NCBI RefSeq assembly: GCF_964355755.1
Contig: NC_092672.1
Span: 15,562,001-15,626,000, forward strand
Source of the DNA: Antedon mediterranea
Lineage: Eukaryota > Animalia > Echinodermata
Length of the DNA: 64,000 nucleotides
Reading direction: 5' to 3'
Shown: positions 35,521 to 49,874 of the stretch, in pieces
Numbering within the stretch: the first letter of the stretch is position 1
How the letters are laid out: the number at the start of each line of letters is the position of its first letter
Program-made: the position numbers and the translations under genes
The notes under the pieces: model-generated
Told to the model about the DNA's origin: nothing
Seen by the model: only the letters and a program-made list of their open reading frames with translations
Database searches by the model: none

Positions 35521-38500
35521 TGTATTAGAATGATGGCTGACACAGGTGCCAGTTGCAACCTCGCAGATAAGTGTACCTATGATAGATATTTCAGTTCTAA
35601 GATATTAGACAAAGGTAACGCCGACATTGTTGCATACGGAGCCAAAATAAAGATCCTTGGTTGTTTTAAAGATAATTTAGCATATCATGATAAGGCAGTC
35701 AATGCAACAGTCAATGCAACAGTTTATGTGACAGCAGGTCAGTCTGGAAACCTGTTGAATTTGGATACGTCATCCAATCTAGGCTTAGTGAAAATTAATC
35801 AGGATGTTAATAAGTTAAGCACATGTAACAATAGTGATGTGGCCTTAAAGTACCCTAATGTATTTACAGGCAAAATAGGAAAAATGAAAAATGTAAAGGT
35901 TGATTTACATATTGATGAATCTGTAGTGCCCGTGGCCCAACCACATAGACGTATACCTTTCCACCTACGTAAAGCGTAGATAAAGAACTAAAGAGGCTTG
36001 AAAGCGAGGACATAATCGAAAGAGTGATAGATGGTCCCACCCAATGGGTAAGCCCTATAGTTCCGGTGCCTAAACCAAAGAACCCAAAAGAAGTGCGTAT
36101 TTGCGTTGATATGCGCAGAGCAAACGAAGCGATAAAAAGGGAAAGACACCCCTCCCCGACCATAGAAGACATAATCGCAAAAGTAAATGGTGCTGTAATA
36201 TTTAGCAAAATTGATCTGAGATCCGTTGTCGGATAAATCCAAGTCCATTACTACGTTTTCAACACATGATGGTCTTTGGCGATATAAGCGTCTAATATTC
36301 GGTGTATGCAGCGCGAGTGAGAAATGTCAAAAAGTAATAAGTAACGTCATTTCAGGTATAGAAGGCGTTTTAAACATATCGGATGACATTTTCGTGTTCA
36401 GTCGTAATGCAGCAGATCACGATGAAACTCTAGATAAAGTGATCAAACGATTAAATGATAATGGGCTTACAGCCAACCCACAAAAATGTGAGTTTAAGAA
36501 AGAAGAAATGGAAGTTGATCCTAAAAAAGTTGAGGTAATTACCAAGATGAAAGCCCCCTCAAATGTTAGTGAAGTCCAAAGTTTTTTAGAATGACAAACT
36601 ATTGCGGCCGATTCATTAAAGATTACTCCTCAAAGACTGAACCTCTTCATCGTTTAATGCGTAAAGACGTAGTCTTCCAGTGGGGAAGTCAACAGATCGA
36701 TGCATTCCAAAATATTAAAACAGCTCTTCGAGAAGCACCAACAATGGCCTACTATGATATAAATTTACATACCGAGTTAATAGTAGATGCATCTCCTGTT
36801 GGGTTAGGAGGAATATTGGTGCAATATGATGCAAACAAAAATTCGTGTGTTGTCGCGTACGGAGCTCGATCACTAACACACACTGAACCACGTTATAAAA
36901 GCCAAATTGAACGTGAAACGTTGGCGGTAATATGGGCATGCGAACACTTTCATATTTATATTTTTGGAGCACCCATAACTCTTATAACGGATCATAAGCC
37001 ACTAGTAAAGCTTCTAGGGAATCCGAACGCGAAGTTACCGTTGAGATTAAAGCGATGGCGTTTGAGATTGTTGCCGTACGACCCAAAGGTCATGTACAGG
37101 CCGGGAATAGATAATCTGTCTGACTATTTGTCAAGGCCTCCGGTAGACTCGGGAAGTAGCTCTCGGAAAGAAAAAGTTGCCGAACAGTACGTTAATTTAA
37201 TGGAACAAGCGAGCATTCCAAAAGCTATGAATCTAGTAGAAATTGCAGAAGCTACAAATGATGATCCAACTTTAAGTGCTTTAAAGTCACTAATCGCGAC
37301 AGGCCAGTGGAAATTAATCAAAACAAAGTTTGGAAATTCAAAAAATGTAAACATCAACGATTTAATGATATTTAGTAGAGTTCCAAACGAGCTCACCATT
37401 ACAAATAATGGACTAATTTTCAGAAACACTCAAGTTGTTATGCCGCAAAAAAGCTAAGAAATAGAGCCTTGTGTTTGGCGCATGAAGGCCATCAAGGCAA
37501 GGTAAAAACAATAGCACTTCTAAAAGAGAAGAACATTGAATCAAGAGTCTCGGAACTCATAGATAAGTGTGTGGCATGTACTGCTACGACAGACACAAAA
37601 CCAAGAGAACAACTGAAAATGTCTGAGCTACCAAATGGTAAAAACATTCATCTAGCCGCAGATTTTTATGGTCCACTACCATCGGGCGAGCACCTGTTGG
37701 TGATAATAGATGAGTATTCGCGATTTCCGGAAGTAGAGATAATCAAATCATTATCGGCTAAAACTGTAATTCCAGTTATTGACAAAATATTTTCGTCTCG
37801 AGGAATTCCTGTTAAATTTAAAACAGATAATGGTTCCCCGTGGAACAGTGAAGAGTTTAGAAATTTCGCGGATTATATGGGTTTTGAACACCAAAAAGTA
37901 ATACCATACTGGCCAGAAGGCAATGGTTTAGTGGAAAGATTCATGAAAACCTTAGGTAAAGTATGTAAATGCGCAAATACCGAAGGGAAAAGTTGGAAGC
38001 AAGAGCTTTACATATTCCTACGAAATTATAGGGCAACCCCCCATACGTCAACCGGGGTCCCTCCAGCAACTATTGCAAATGGTGAAGCATTAAGGGTTAA
38101 GCTACCACAAATGTAAACAAGTATGTCTAAAACTAAGACCCACAAAGACCTTCTAAAGCAAAAATGAAAGAAAACGCTGAAAAGCGAAGGAATATATCCA
38201 AAACTCTAATGTTAGAATAGGAGACTATGTTCTGATGAAGAATATTAAGAAAGGAAAGTTAATTCCTCTGTTTCAAATTGAACCCTTCAAAGTAGTAGAC
38301 ATAAAGGGTGATATGATTGTAGCTAAAAGAGGAGAAGAGATAAAGGCAAGAATTTTTTTTTATTTTTTTTTATTTTATTCATTTCGGCAATAAACATAAA
38401 ATAATAATTACAAAAAAAAACATAAAAATATATATATATATATGAAAAACAAGACACGAGGCCGAGGAAAGACAAAAGCATTAAACAAACGCTGTCACCG

Positions 38501-38736
38501 GTAAGGTGTGTCTCTCCAACACATAAATAACAAATAACAAGAATATATACAAATATAGTAGACATATCATTTCATTTAAAAATTTAAAAAGTTTCTCTCC
38601 GACATTTAAATATAAATAAATCTCACTTTAAAAAGATAGTAAATTCTAAACATGGTCACAAGAAACAATTAACACCTATAACTGTCAATAATAGACCAAG
38701 AAGAGTGGTGAAAGCACCCAATAGATTTGATCTGTA
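35521..38736 (+). pseudogene. pol: Pol (PR-RT-RH-IN) with several frameshifts and stops
   Basis: ADTGAS, WVSPIV, RICVDMR, ISDD, VDAS, TDHKPL, AHEGHQG, KTDNG, LVERFM. Confidence 0.88.
38353..38613 (-). mobile_element. Short A-tailed retroposon 3' fragment in the integrase tail
   Basis: T-rich tail on the + strand interrupts IKAR|NKSHFKK. Confidence 0.6.
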
Positions 38737-39589
38737 ATCAGTAAATGAACAGATATTGTTATGTGTTATAAAATATGTTTTGAGTTTTATAGTGTTAACA
38801 AGAGTTTTGAGTTAATTTAGTTAAACAAAGAAATACTGTATGTATGGAGAACAATTATTCACAATATGAAATACTGTATAATAATTCTAATATAACTAAA
38901 GGAGAAAGAGATGTAGTACAGTATTGTGATAAACCATAATTATAGTAAACCCTAGACTAGAGGGCAGTAGATATATGGACATTGAGACAGAATGAGAATA
39001 AAGACACAGAGTAAAACTAATGTTGTTTAGTGTTTATTAATGGTTCTTGAAAAGTAGTGAAAAAGAATAAATGCTTGTTAAATTGTAGATAACAGTGCGA
39101 TGAATTATACAAATAGTATAATTGTCTTATAAATATAATACAATATTGTGTGTATAAATGTGGATGGGTGTTTATTAGATAGATGGGTTGGGGGTGGGAG
39201 GGGGATTATTATTCAAAGTGATTTTTTATTGGGGAGGTTTTGGGCGTTTATTCAAATAAATACAATCCTAATAATTAATACATTAATTAATACATTATTT
39301 AATTTAAACATCTTTTGAACCTAACTTCCACGACAGAGTGGGCCGTTTCGGCCCAAGAAGGAAGACGTTCTAAACGGCTTGCAACATGGGCAGACGTATC
39401 CCGGTCCTGACGGGACACAGATAGCCCACAGTTATTCTTGCCGACTTACTGAATAAAACTCGGCTATTAGGATTTCACTCGATTTTAAACAAAAATTTTA
39501 TAATACTATTCCTCACAATATACTCCGATGTTTATGCCGTATATTTAATTTGATCTATTAATTGGCAGTATTAATTTTTATTTTTTAAC

Positions 39590-41870
39590 TACTGTACCTT
39601 CACATGCACGGTCCGATCTGAAAGTAAACAAAAAACTAAAATGGCTATAGCCACTAACAGCCGACTTAGTTGAAACCAGGAAGTTGCAAGGTGAACCTGT
39701 GAACGGTTGAACTCATAGTGAACCCGGAAATTACTTGGACTGTCTGCCAAATTTGGTCTGACAGACCGATTTTGGCCGCCAAATTCAGTCCGGCAAACCG
39801 ATTTTGGTCGTCAAAATTGGTCCGGCCTGGATAAAACCGGTCCCGGTGGCAGGACTACTTTAGGCCGCTAAATATGACCAGGCCTTGTTTAAATATGGTG
39901 CGCCAAATTGGTCGCAAATAAGAAAGAGTTTATTATATAGTCAAAATATGATCGCAATTTTACTGATAATGTTTATATTGTATATTTATTATAGTGTAGT
40001 AAAAAATCAGAAAAAACAATTTTCCTTTCTTATCTATATATAAATTTACGTAAGGGCAAAATTCGGTAAATCGCGCCTTACTTCTAGAATTTTTACTCGA
40101 TGGTATGTAAAGTTGGTTCGTACTTTCGGTACTGATTTTAACCACCTGATGTAACCCTGTTTACTAATTAAATTAAGTTAGATAATTAGTTATTGACGAT
40201 TAAAACGAATTTAGGTTCAACGATTTGCCCCAAATAGGGGTGTTTTCCGATCGTGGTATACACTGTCTAATGGATGTCCATCTTGAAAAATACCTGCCAC
40301 AAAAATGCGAGGAGGCTTCGCATTTTCCTATCTCCTCCTACGATAATTGTTTTTAATAGCTGAAAACCGGATGAACAGCTAGAGTACGCCATCATAATGT
40401 TGAAGACAGTTTTTTTAAAGAAAATCGGCTTAGATAGATTTAATATACGATTATACAAATGTATTGATTTGCGATGAATGGAACATCCCAATCTCTCAGT
40501 CTGCCAGAGTATGGTTTAACACAAGTACTGTAGGTAAATTTATGAGCCCTTGGTTTAACACATACCGTAGGTAAATATATGGGCCCTTTGAGAATAAACT
40601 TGCAATACCTTGACAATACTGTAAATACCTATTAACTATTTTAACTTACTGTGAATGTTCGTACTGTTAGATGTAATATAAAAATATATACAAATAAACT
40701 TTATTACTGAGATTGTGGATAGGCTCTACTGTTAGATATATAAACACATTATTATATACAAATAAACGTTATACTGACAGTTCTTTCTCAACGTTTGTAT
40801 TAATTAATAATTACCAAATATAAACGTCGTAGTGGTGTATCGTGACATGTACTTTAATATTTCAATCGATTATGACAGTGACAGTTTTAACTAAACTAAA
40901 TAAAGAATGTTCTCTAATATAATTAGGAATCTCTTGCCATACACGGGGAAAATTAGTGTACAATGAATATTTAAAAGAAATAAATAAATAAATAAAATAA
41001 ACAAAGTATTAAATCGCAAATGTTTTACTGTATTTAGAGGTATATTGTTTATAGGCCTATAAAACATGAAAAAAATATTTCGTTACTGAGTGGATAAAGA
41101 ATATATTTAAAAATTGTTCCTCTTTGTACCTATCCGCTTTCCCATCCCTCAACCCTAATGTTACATACAAAACACAAATTGGGTTTCTTAAAATTTGGAC
41201 TCATTTTGTGATAAGTTTCTCCTTCGAAAGTAATTCCCAGGGTGCTAATTTTAGTTGACTACATAAATCATCGTGTCTATTTATTCGTTTCTGTAAACGA
41301 CAATGTATTATAGTCCTGCGGTACGTACATTTGAAATCGCCAGTTTTGTTACGCTGAAATTACTGTGTATTCGAGAACCATCTGTGGGCACGACCTAGAT
41401 GGTACGCGAGCGAAGCGAGCGTACCATCTAGTTTTCATAATCGACACTAAATATATCTTTTATCTTGTTATAAATGTTGTTCATTTTGCTCATAATATCA
41501 CTGTGTAAGAATAGCAGGTGTAAAAGTAATTTCCGCGTTCACGATTAGTTCACCAATTACATCGTCACCTTGCAACTTCCTGGTTTCAACTAAGTTGGCT
41601 GTTAGTGGCTATAGCCATTTTAGTTTTTTGTTTACTTTCGAATCAGACCTCGCATGTGAAGGTACATAGGCCAATATATGAACGTGGGACAGTCTGAAAT
41701 TTTGACGAAACAAATCGTTGGACCTAAATTCGTTTTAATTGTCAATAACTAATTATCTAACTCAGTTTAATTAGTAAACAGGGTTATATCAGGTGTATAA
41801 AATCAGTACCGAAAGTAAGAACCAATGCGTGATTTACCAAATTTTGCCCTTATGTAAATTTATATATAGA
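39590..41870. repeat. Inverted repeat arms (39590-39690 plus 40030-40235 versus 41565-41870)
   Basis: AAATGGCTATAGCCACTAACAGCC..GTTGCAAGGTGA and TCGGTACTGATTT..TTATTGACG recur reverse-complemented. Confidence 0.65.
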
Positions 41871-41938
41871 TTCTGGTTCTTACATCAAAATCAACCTTTA
41901 GCTGCGATGCTAACTAGTGAAAGTTTAACTTAAGTTTA

Positions 41939-42887
41939 TTGGTTATCCGCACTTGGCGGATAACCCCTTGTTATTGTCAGGATCTTTTTTTTTTTTTTCT
42001 ATATCCTTCTTTCTTTCCACGAATTTTGTTGGCAGCGTATCTCTAATTCTGACCAACATAAGATTGTATAACTTTGTCATAAGATTGACCTGTAACTGTA
42101 GATGTGCAAGAAACTTTGTGTTATGCAGCGTAATATGCGCGATTTTATGAATTTCAATGATTGATCATAGATTATAAACCAAAAGTCATTTTGTATTGAC
42201 ACTTGGTGAAAATTTAAGTCATATCAAGAGCAAACTTTCTATGGATTAAAAATGGCATGTTTCACAAGAAGTTAAGCGCGTTTAAAAATTAAAAATGCAA
42301 AAAATCATATTCTAACCAACTTTCTATGCGTTTTATGTCATTTGGAGAATGTCAAAAATTCCCACGAGCGCGAAATTTTTTTCGTGCGCGGTACCCACGT
42401 AACGCTAAACACATTTTGTTCGCGTGATTTATGTTTTTACAGCCTTTTATAGTAATTTTACCAATTTTTAAACAATTTCGACTTAAAATCACGTCATACG
42501 AGCACATTGAATTGGACAATTTGTGAGTGTTTTTTATGAAAAAGTTAAAAAAATGCCTTTTTTAAATCTATTATAGCTCTTCAGGATCGAAGATGACTCC
42601 CAATTTTTAAAATTTATTATGCAAGAAGATAAATTGTAGATATGAATTCATGCAGAATTTTTACCTCTTGGATGTTATGACGTCATCGTATGGCCACACG
42701 AATGTAAAATATAGGATTTTTGTCTGTTTCGTTATTGCTCATCACATTCAACAGAGCGCATCTCGCTTATTATATACGTATTCTATTTCCCTCGAGATTT
42801 TAATATTGTCTAGGTCAATCAACTATCTTCCGTGGCGTTTGTCGCGCGGATAACCTGAACTCGTCAAAGTGACGAGTTCAAATCTAG
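41939..42887 (+). mobile_element. HINE-like element
   Basis: GGTTATCCGC..GCGGATAACC 5' hairpin; 3' GCGGATAACC; GAACTCGTC/GACGAGTTC hairpin; CTAG end. Confidence 0.75.
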
Positions 42888-43349
42888 ATATATTCTCAAT
42901 TTGGATCCTCCAAAAGAAAATATAAGAAAAAATGTTATTTCAAAATTTAATAACGAACAATAACAATTTGTCCACCATTTTTTTTAATGTCGCTAATATA
43001 ATTTGTTTAAATACAAAGCACATGTGATACCATTTGCATAACAATGAAAATTCCTTAAATATTTAATTATCTTTAAAACTAACAAAATACATTGGCCACA
43101 TTGGTATCTGTATTGGTATTATATAGTTATGAATTAAATTGGATAAAACACTACCTATCCTGACAATTAAGTGTAATCTTATTTTTTTTAAATGTAATTT
43201 TAATCAGAACATTTTTTATTAGGCCAAAAATTGTAGGTGACGGATGGGCTTTAAAATGTGTTCTTTTTTTATTAAAGTACTATATTTTAATAGGTCATTA
43301 ACATTGATTTATATACATTTGAAATAAACTCTATTGTCTCTCTTTAAAC

Positions 43350-44047
43350 ATGAACAAATGATCTACCTAACTCAGTTTCCTATGTAAATGTAAGCATGTA
43401 CGCAGATGACACTGCGTTATATTATGCATCTAAAGAGATACACGATATAATAAGCAAAGTAAATACTGATCTAAAACATGTACAACTATGGTTAGCAAGT
43501 AACAAATTAAGTCTAAAAGACTGAATATATGAACACATCAAAAATTAAAGAAATTGATTAACATGGATATTAATATTAATATAGATGGTACAAAACTTAA
43601 GTAACTTTAAACATTTAGGTGTCATTATCGATGAAAATTAATTAAAATGGCATAAACAAATAGATCAAGTAAAAAATAAAGTAATATCAGGTCTGTACTA
43701 TCTAAAAAAATGCAGCAAACACTGAGTACAAAAAGAAAAGTTTCTCGTATTCTGGCGCAAAGCTATGGAATAGTTTAAATGCTATAATCTCAAATGCAAT
43801 TACAGCTCCTAATATACATATATTTAAAAAAATAATAAATGACCAAAGATAAGATATACTTGAAACTCTATGTTTTTCATGAAATCATTTTTTTTTTTTT
43901 TGTATAGTTTTTTTAATCATTATGTACTGTAAATGATAACTTGTGTAAATAGTTTTGTAGTAAGTAACGGCCTTGTGAAAAACACCAATCTGGTGATCCA
44001 AGTGTTGCATCCGTTTTTAAATGAAGTTGTTACTATTATTATTATAA
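43350..44047 (+). pseudogene. Decayed CR1/L2-like LINE 3' fragment
   Basis: VSMYADDTALY..WLASNKLSL..FKHLGVIIDE; (TAT)n tail. Confidence 0.7.
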
Positions 44048-45520
44048 TCACTACATACATTTTCAACTTCAATAAAACTATTTTAAAATGCAATAAAATT
44101 GTTCCTGTACGGTTAAAAAAATCAAATTCTCCAATTTTATTTGGTATTAAATCATGGTATTAATTCTGTCTTCTCCCTTTAAAAAGCTAATAGAAATTTC
44201 TGTCGCATAAATTCATCAGTTACGCTGTCAGAAAAAAGGGCAAGATCTGCTGTGGGTAAAAACAGACAACAAAATAAAAGCTAGTGTATACAATTACTAA
44301 GTCTAAGTCATATTATATATTATTTAAAAAATACATGAACCATTCCAAGAATATAAAAATTTCAAGAATATAAAAACATTAATTATTTGTTTTATATAAC
44401 ATCTATAGTAGATTCTTGTCGCTTTATGCAGATTGAATAAAAGGTTAATTTGATTCAGATTTAAAGGTAGGCCTATGATATATATATTTTTATAACATCT
44501 AAAAATATTTATACCATACGTCATGTTCAGCCAAAAAGTGCCGGCCTTAACCCATATATCAATTTGTTTGCATCTGATTCCCCATTATGTCTGTAAACCT
44601 CCATAGAATCGGCTAAAAAAATATTGTCGTATTTAATTTAATTTTTTTTATCGCATTGTCTGTTCTTCCACTGGCTGTATAATATACTGCGTGTATATAA
44701 ATATACTGCGCTCTCAAGAGTGAAATAGTAGGCCTAACCCTATTTTGTATCATGTGACCCACAATTGTTACAGGAATCTATTTAGATGTTATATAATACG
44801 CAATTAATTATCCATAAGGATACTAAAACTATTTTTATTATCTGTCTATACACGATATAATGAAATCTTGTTTGTATAATTTCCCAGGCATGTATCATTT
44901 TTTTTGTTATTTATTTCAGTATAAAAAACACATACCGTATATACAAAATTTATCATTCAAAAAAATTCCTTCAATTGAATTAAAAAACTACCAAATGAAA
45001 CAATGATTTGCAATATGCTAAAAACAAGGATTTAAGGTAGTTGAATAGGGCAGTGTCCATATCAAAACAATCTTAGTAATTTATCTGTATAAATTTATCA
45101 AGTTGAATCTGATATTAAAATTGTAAACATGTAGCAGTTCTTTGATATAAGAATAGAGATCATTTACTATCCTTTCTCACTTGAAGATCTCATATTTCAT
45201 GCATGCAAATACATTCTTTATATGAATGAATGATTGATTTCACTCTTTATTTACACCATCAATTAATTTGCAATCTGTATCATCAACCTTAAATATTGAA
45301 CCTAAAAATTTCCAGAACATAAAAACATTATGAACATTTATACTAGGTACATTGAGAGTACTTGTGAACAACATATGCAAGTAATTATCAAGTGGTGATT
45401 ACGTCAGATTACTCTACACCCTGACACAAAGCTACTCCATTAGTACAAACAATTACAATCCTGTTGGTGCAGTACCCGATGCTTACTTGGCCTCAAATAT
45501 AATCCCTAGCCATCAGCGCA

Positions 45521-45592
45521 AGCTCGGTGGTCTTGTAGTATGAACGCCAACGTAGTAATCTGGAGGTCATCGGTTCGTGTCCCACCCGAGAA
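45521..45592 (+). repeat. tRNA-derived SINE head
   Basis: A-box-like GGTGGTCTTGTAG and B-box-like GGTTCGTGTCCC; CTCGG/CCGAG closing stem. Confidence 0.45.
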
Positions 45593-45671
45593 GTATTCTC
45601 AATGTACTTAGTATAAAGTACAAATTACATCAGAGTATCGTGCAAAACATCATTTTAGTCTTTATATATAT

Positions 45672-46176
45672 TAGGGAGGTTTCGCAACCTTACGAATACG
45701 ATAACGAAAACGGATACGTCATACATTTGTGAAACTTTTGAGCTGATCCCCTTTTCATATTCGTAAAGCGTATTCGTGTTGACGAATATCACCAGTCATA
45801 TTCGTAACTACAAAACGAGTATAGTTTTTGATCTATTTTGCACATTTTGCATTTGAATCAGGAATGATTCATGATTATAATATAATTATAGATTTATTGA
45901 AAGTTACTAAAGTAATTTACTAAAATGCCAAGTCAATTTTGATAAATAGCAGTTTTTAAAGTCCTCACTCGCTTTGATGTTACGCTAGGCCTAGGCAGCC
46001 AAGCACCAAGCAACACATACCTGCGCTTCGCTCAAATTTACCGCAGTCATATTTTGGACGCGCCTCATATTTCGTTGCCATGCGAAACAGATTTTTTTAT
46101 GGCTTACGAAAACGAATACGTGTGCGTGATGTATCAGTTTTCGTTATCGTATTCGTAAGATTGCGAAACCTCTCTA
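45672..46176. mobile_element. TIR-bounded MITE (probable AT TSD)
   Basis: TAGGGAGGTTTCGCAACCTTACGAATACGATAACGAAAAC and near-perfect complement at the right end. Confidence 0.8.
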
Positions 46177-46551
46177 ATGTATTGATTTTGATTACTGTTA
46201 TCAGAGGTGGGGGTCCAAGGAGCGAAGCCCCGGAAACAACGCGTTTTAGCATAATTTAAGGCCGTTTTAATCAGATTTAGGGTAGTCAACTGTGGTACAT
46301 AAATAAAATACTGTGTGAAAAACACATTGCACGAGGTTCGATGTGATGACTTTGTGTAAATCCATTCTTTCAATTTAAAAAATGAAGTTACCTTTAAAGT
46401 TCAATATGCCTATCATAGAAAATATACGCGAATGTAAAAACTTCCTACGGGCAGAACATGGGCTGATCTGTAAGAACATTTTGAAAAATAGAGCTGCTAG
46501 GTCCCCATTGCAATTGTACATTGATGTATGAAACCAAATTACAAGTCTACA

Positions 46552-46710
46552 GAGAACCAGCCCACTAAGGTTGGGATGGAGCTAAGAACATTTACCAGCC
46601 CACTAAGGTTGGGATGGAGCTAAGAACAGGAGAACCAGCCCACTAAGGTTGGGATGGAGCTAAGAACAGGAGAACCAGCCCACTAAGGTTGGGATGGAGC
46701 TAAGAACATT
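46552..46710. repeat. Minisatellite, 4 units (ACCAGCCCACTAAGGTTGGGATGGAGCTAAGAACA)
   Basis: Directly visible. Confidence 0.9.
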
Positions 46711-47293
46711 TAAATAAAATAGGTCCTTTGAAATTGGATTATACTTCAAAATATGAAACAAAATATATAAGTCTCCAGGACCAGCCTATATATATATATA
46801 TATATATTTTTATTGTCTTTTTAAATTTGTCATTGAGGACCCACCCCATTGGAAATAAATCCCACATCGGGACTTTCATGGGCTATCCTGCATCTCTGTT
46901 TTTGTATTTTTAACATTTTTGAATTGTATATATCTTTCTGTTTCATAAACTGTGTATGTATTTTTAATGAGATGATAATAATATTTTTGTTTTTCTTCTG
47001 TAATTTAAAACACAACCACTATCACTGAGTACGCCCTGAGCAAAAATTGCACTTATACTTTGAAAACATCAAGTCTAGAAAGCTTAAAAAAGTGGACCGT
47101 CTTGCCTTTATTTGGGAGTGGGTGGTGGGGAGCGTCCGTAAGCGTAGACCATTTTCCGTCGGGGAAATCAGTTACCTCCTAAGTTTATGCATGCGTACCA
47201 TCAGGAATTCCAAGTACGGTGAGAAGTTCATGACATACAGGACATTGAAAATTGTAAAACTTAGCTATAATAAAATGTTGGCTAAGTGAAAAT

Positions 47294-48398
47294 GGGGGTG
47301 TCACGAAACCTAAGATCACAAAACCTAAGACCCCCTAAGACCTAAGATCACGAAACCTAAGACTTTTAAAGACCTAAGATTACAAATTCTAAGATATACG
47401 ACAGCTTAAAAACAATAATTGTTTATCTATACACAATTTGAAAAATAGTAGGTTTTCATTTATTAATGCTTTTTACCATAAATTTAATTAAACACTTATG
47501 ACAAACAGAAATAAACTCACAATATTTTCGCCCATTGAGTAAATATATACTTTTGATTCACAACAAACAAACTGACGGTTTGTTTGTTGATATATATTTA
47601 CTCCATTGTGTTAATTCCATTGCACTGCATTGTATTTTAACTCCAAATTAATTCAACTAACTTTATTCTGAATACCACACCTTAGAATTAGGCCTCATAA
47701 GTACTTTTATGAAAGAGATTCATATAAAAAGTAACAAATAAATACTTGGTATTATTTATAAATAAAAATTGGTGATTTTACAGACGTGTTTCTTGCACCA
47801 TTTCGCATACTCAACTTTCAATATTTTCGTTTCTATGGAGCGCCAAAAGAGCAACAATAATAGAGGGCTAAAACTTGATGGAATGCGTCTACATTAAAAA
47901 AAATCAGCATCACTACTTATCCTAGGCCTAGTCATAAGGGTGACCTAAGGGGATATGATGAATTTGTTGATTTTATTCTTAAACCATGTAAGGTATCAAC
48001 AGTAACATAATTTTATTTGTATTGGCAGTGACTTGACTTATTGACTTGAACATGATTTTCACCAAAAAATGAGTTAAATAGATGGATTCCACATAGTTTA
48101 TAGCCCTCTATTAATGTTGCTCTTGTGGCGTTCCATAAAAACAAAATATTGAACATAGAGTATGCGAAATTCGCCTGAGAAAATCGTCATGTAATGATGT
48201 AAAATCATCAATTTATTAACAAAATTTATTGTTATTTTATTGATTCTTTTTCATCTAATTTAAGGTGTGGTATTCAGGATAAAGTTGGATTTAACAAATT
48301 TAGAGTTAAAATACTAGGCAGGTGCGAAAGAGAACTATTGGTAATCTTAAGTCTTGGGTCTTAGGTTTTGTGATCTTAGGTTTTAAATTGGTGAACAT
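47294..48398. mobile_element. Degenerate MITE with (CCTAAGA)n subterminal repeats, enclosing a copy of the 18034 MITE family
   Basis: CCTAAGA arrays at 47305-47395 and TCTTAGG arrays at 48345-48385. Confidence 0.55.
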
Positions 48399-49329
48399 AC
48401 GAACAATTAACATAATTCGTTTTTGCTGTAGCGTACTTCGATACACAGTACACGACGTAAATTGTCGGTAAACCTCACCTGGAAAGTAACTACAGTACAC
48501 ATTTGGTACTGTACATTTTGGGATGGAACATGATATCAAGCAATAGTACGCACTATTAAATGATCGTTTAATAGTACTTTTTAAACATGTTTGTGTACCA
48601 AAAAAAACATTTTGCGGATGAAAAAAAATCTAGTGTACAAATTACTGTGAAATACAACAGCGCCACCTGTTTCCTTGCCTTGTAATGTTAACACCACCGC
48701 GAGATATGCAGCAGCAGATTTTGTGTATGATTTGGAGACTAATTTCATTAAAAAAGGCATTTAAATTAGCTTTAGATAATTTTTAGGATTTTGATTAATT
48801 AATGGGAACAGACGTAGAATCATTGGAAAAACCATAATTAGCCTAGATAAGGTCAAATTGTCTGTCAAAGTTTTCCTTTTCAGCCAAGCTGGTACTTGTC
48901 TAGCCTAGGCCTGTTAGTATTAGGCAAGGCCTAGCCTAGACGTTTTAGCCTTGCTAGGCCTAGGATTGTTTGGTCGTTTGTTGACATAATTAACACTAAA
49001 AGTATGTGTGTTTATAAAATCCATATAAATATAACATTTAATAAAATATTATTAAACCAAATGTTACTGTTTTAATCAATGTGAATGAAATGTAGGCCTC
49101 TTGGCTAGGGCTACCTTTTATTTGATTCAAATGACAGGAATCTATTTAGATGTTATATCAAACAAATAATTAATGTTTTATATTCGTGTAATGGTACAAA
49201 TAATGGCATTTGGTGAATGATGAAAGGTTAAATATCAACTTGGCGTTGCCTCTATATAACCTTTCATCATTCACCTCATGCCATTATTTGTACCATTACA
49301 CTCATAAACATTAATTATTTGTATAATAT

Positions 49330-49745
49330 TATAATCTCCGACGAAAAGCTAGAGCTAGAAATTGTCTAAAACTACAGTATAACATTTGCGATAGATGTAA
49401 GAATGTGATAGAAAAAGAAGAACATATGTTACTTAAGTGTAAAGTGATTAAGCCAGTTTGGAGGAAATTCAGTGTTCTTATTGTTGAATGTTTTCCAAAT
49501 GAAACGCCAATACATTGATTTGATATAGTTACTGATTCCAAAGATAAATTTGTAAATGAACTAACATCTATATTTACGTTTTGTATCTACAAATCCCGCA
49601 TAAGGCTTTGTTTATCAGATAACATTCAAAAAGCATCTTGAATATGTTTAAGTTCGAATTAAAAAATCTTATAGAAAATGAATATGCATGTAATCAGTAT
49701 AAAGCAGTTACAAAATGGAATAATGTTAAAACTAAATGATTAGAA
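49330..49745 (+). pseudogene. L1/Tx1-like LINE 3' fragment
   Basis: CDRCKNVIEKEEHMLLKCKVIKPVWR zinc-finger motif. Confidence 0.55.
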
Positions 49746-49874
49746 TTCATAAAATAAGAAAATATAAAACTAGTACAGGCTGTAGTATATTATATTATAT
49801 ATAAAAAAAAGACTACAGGTATAATAGAAATAATAACTTTACTAGTAGTTAATACAAAGTAAAATGTAATAATA

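Larger units (their letters stand above)
35350..39048 (+). mobile_element. Decayed Mag-clade-like Gypsy element lacking PBS and gag
   Basis: 5' LTR 35350-35520 (TGTAGT..TTACA); PPT AAAGGAGAAAGAGA; truncated 3' LTR from 38912. Confidence 0.85.

Noticed and set aside
46552-46710. Mini-CRISPR
   Set aside because: The intervening sequences are only 3-4 nt and repeated; this is a minisatellite.
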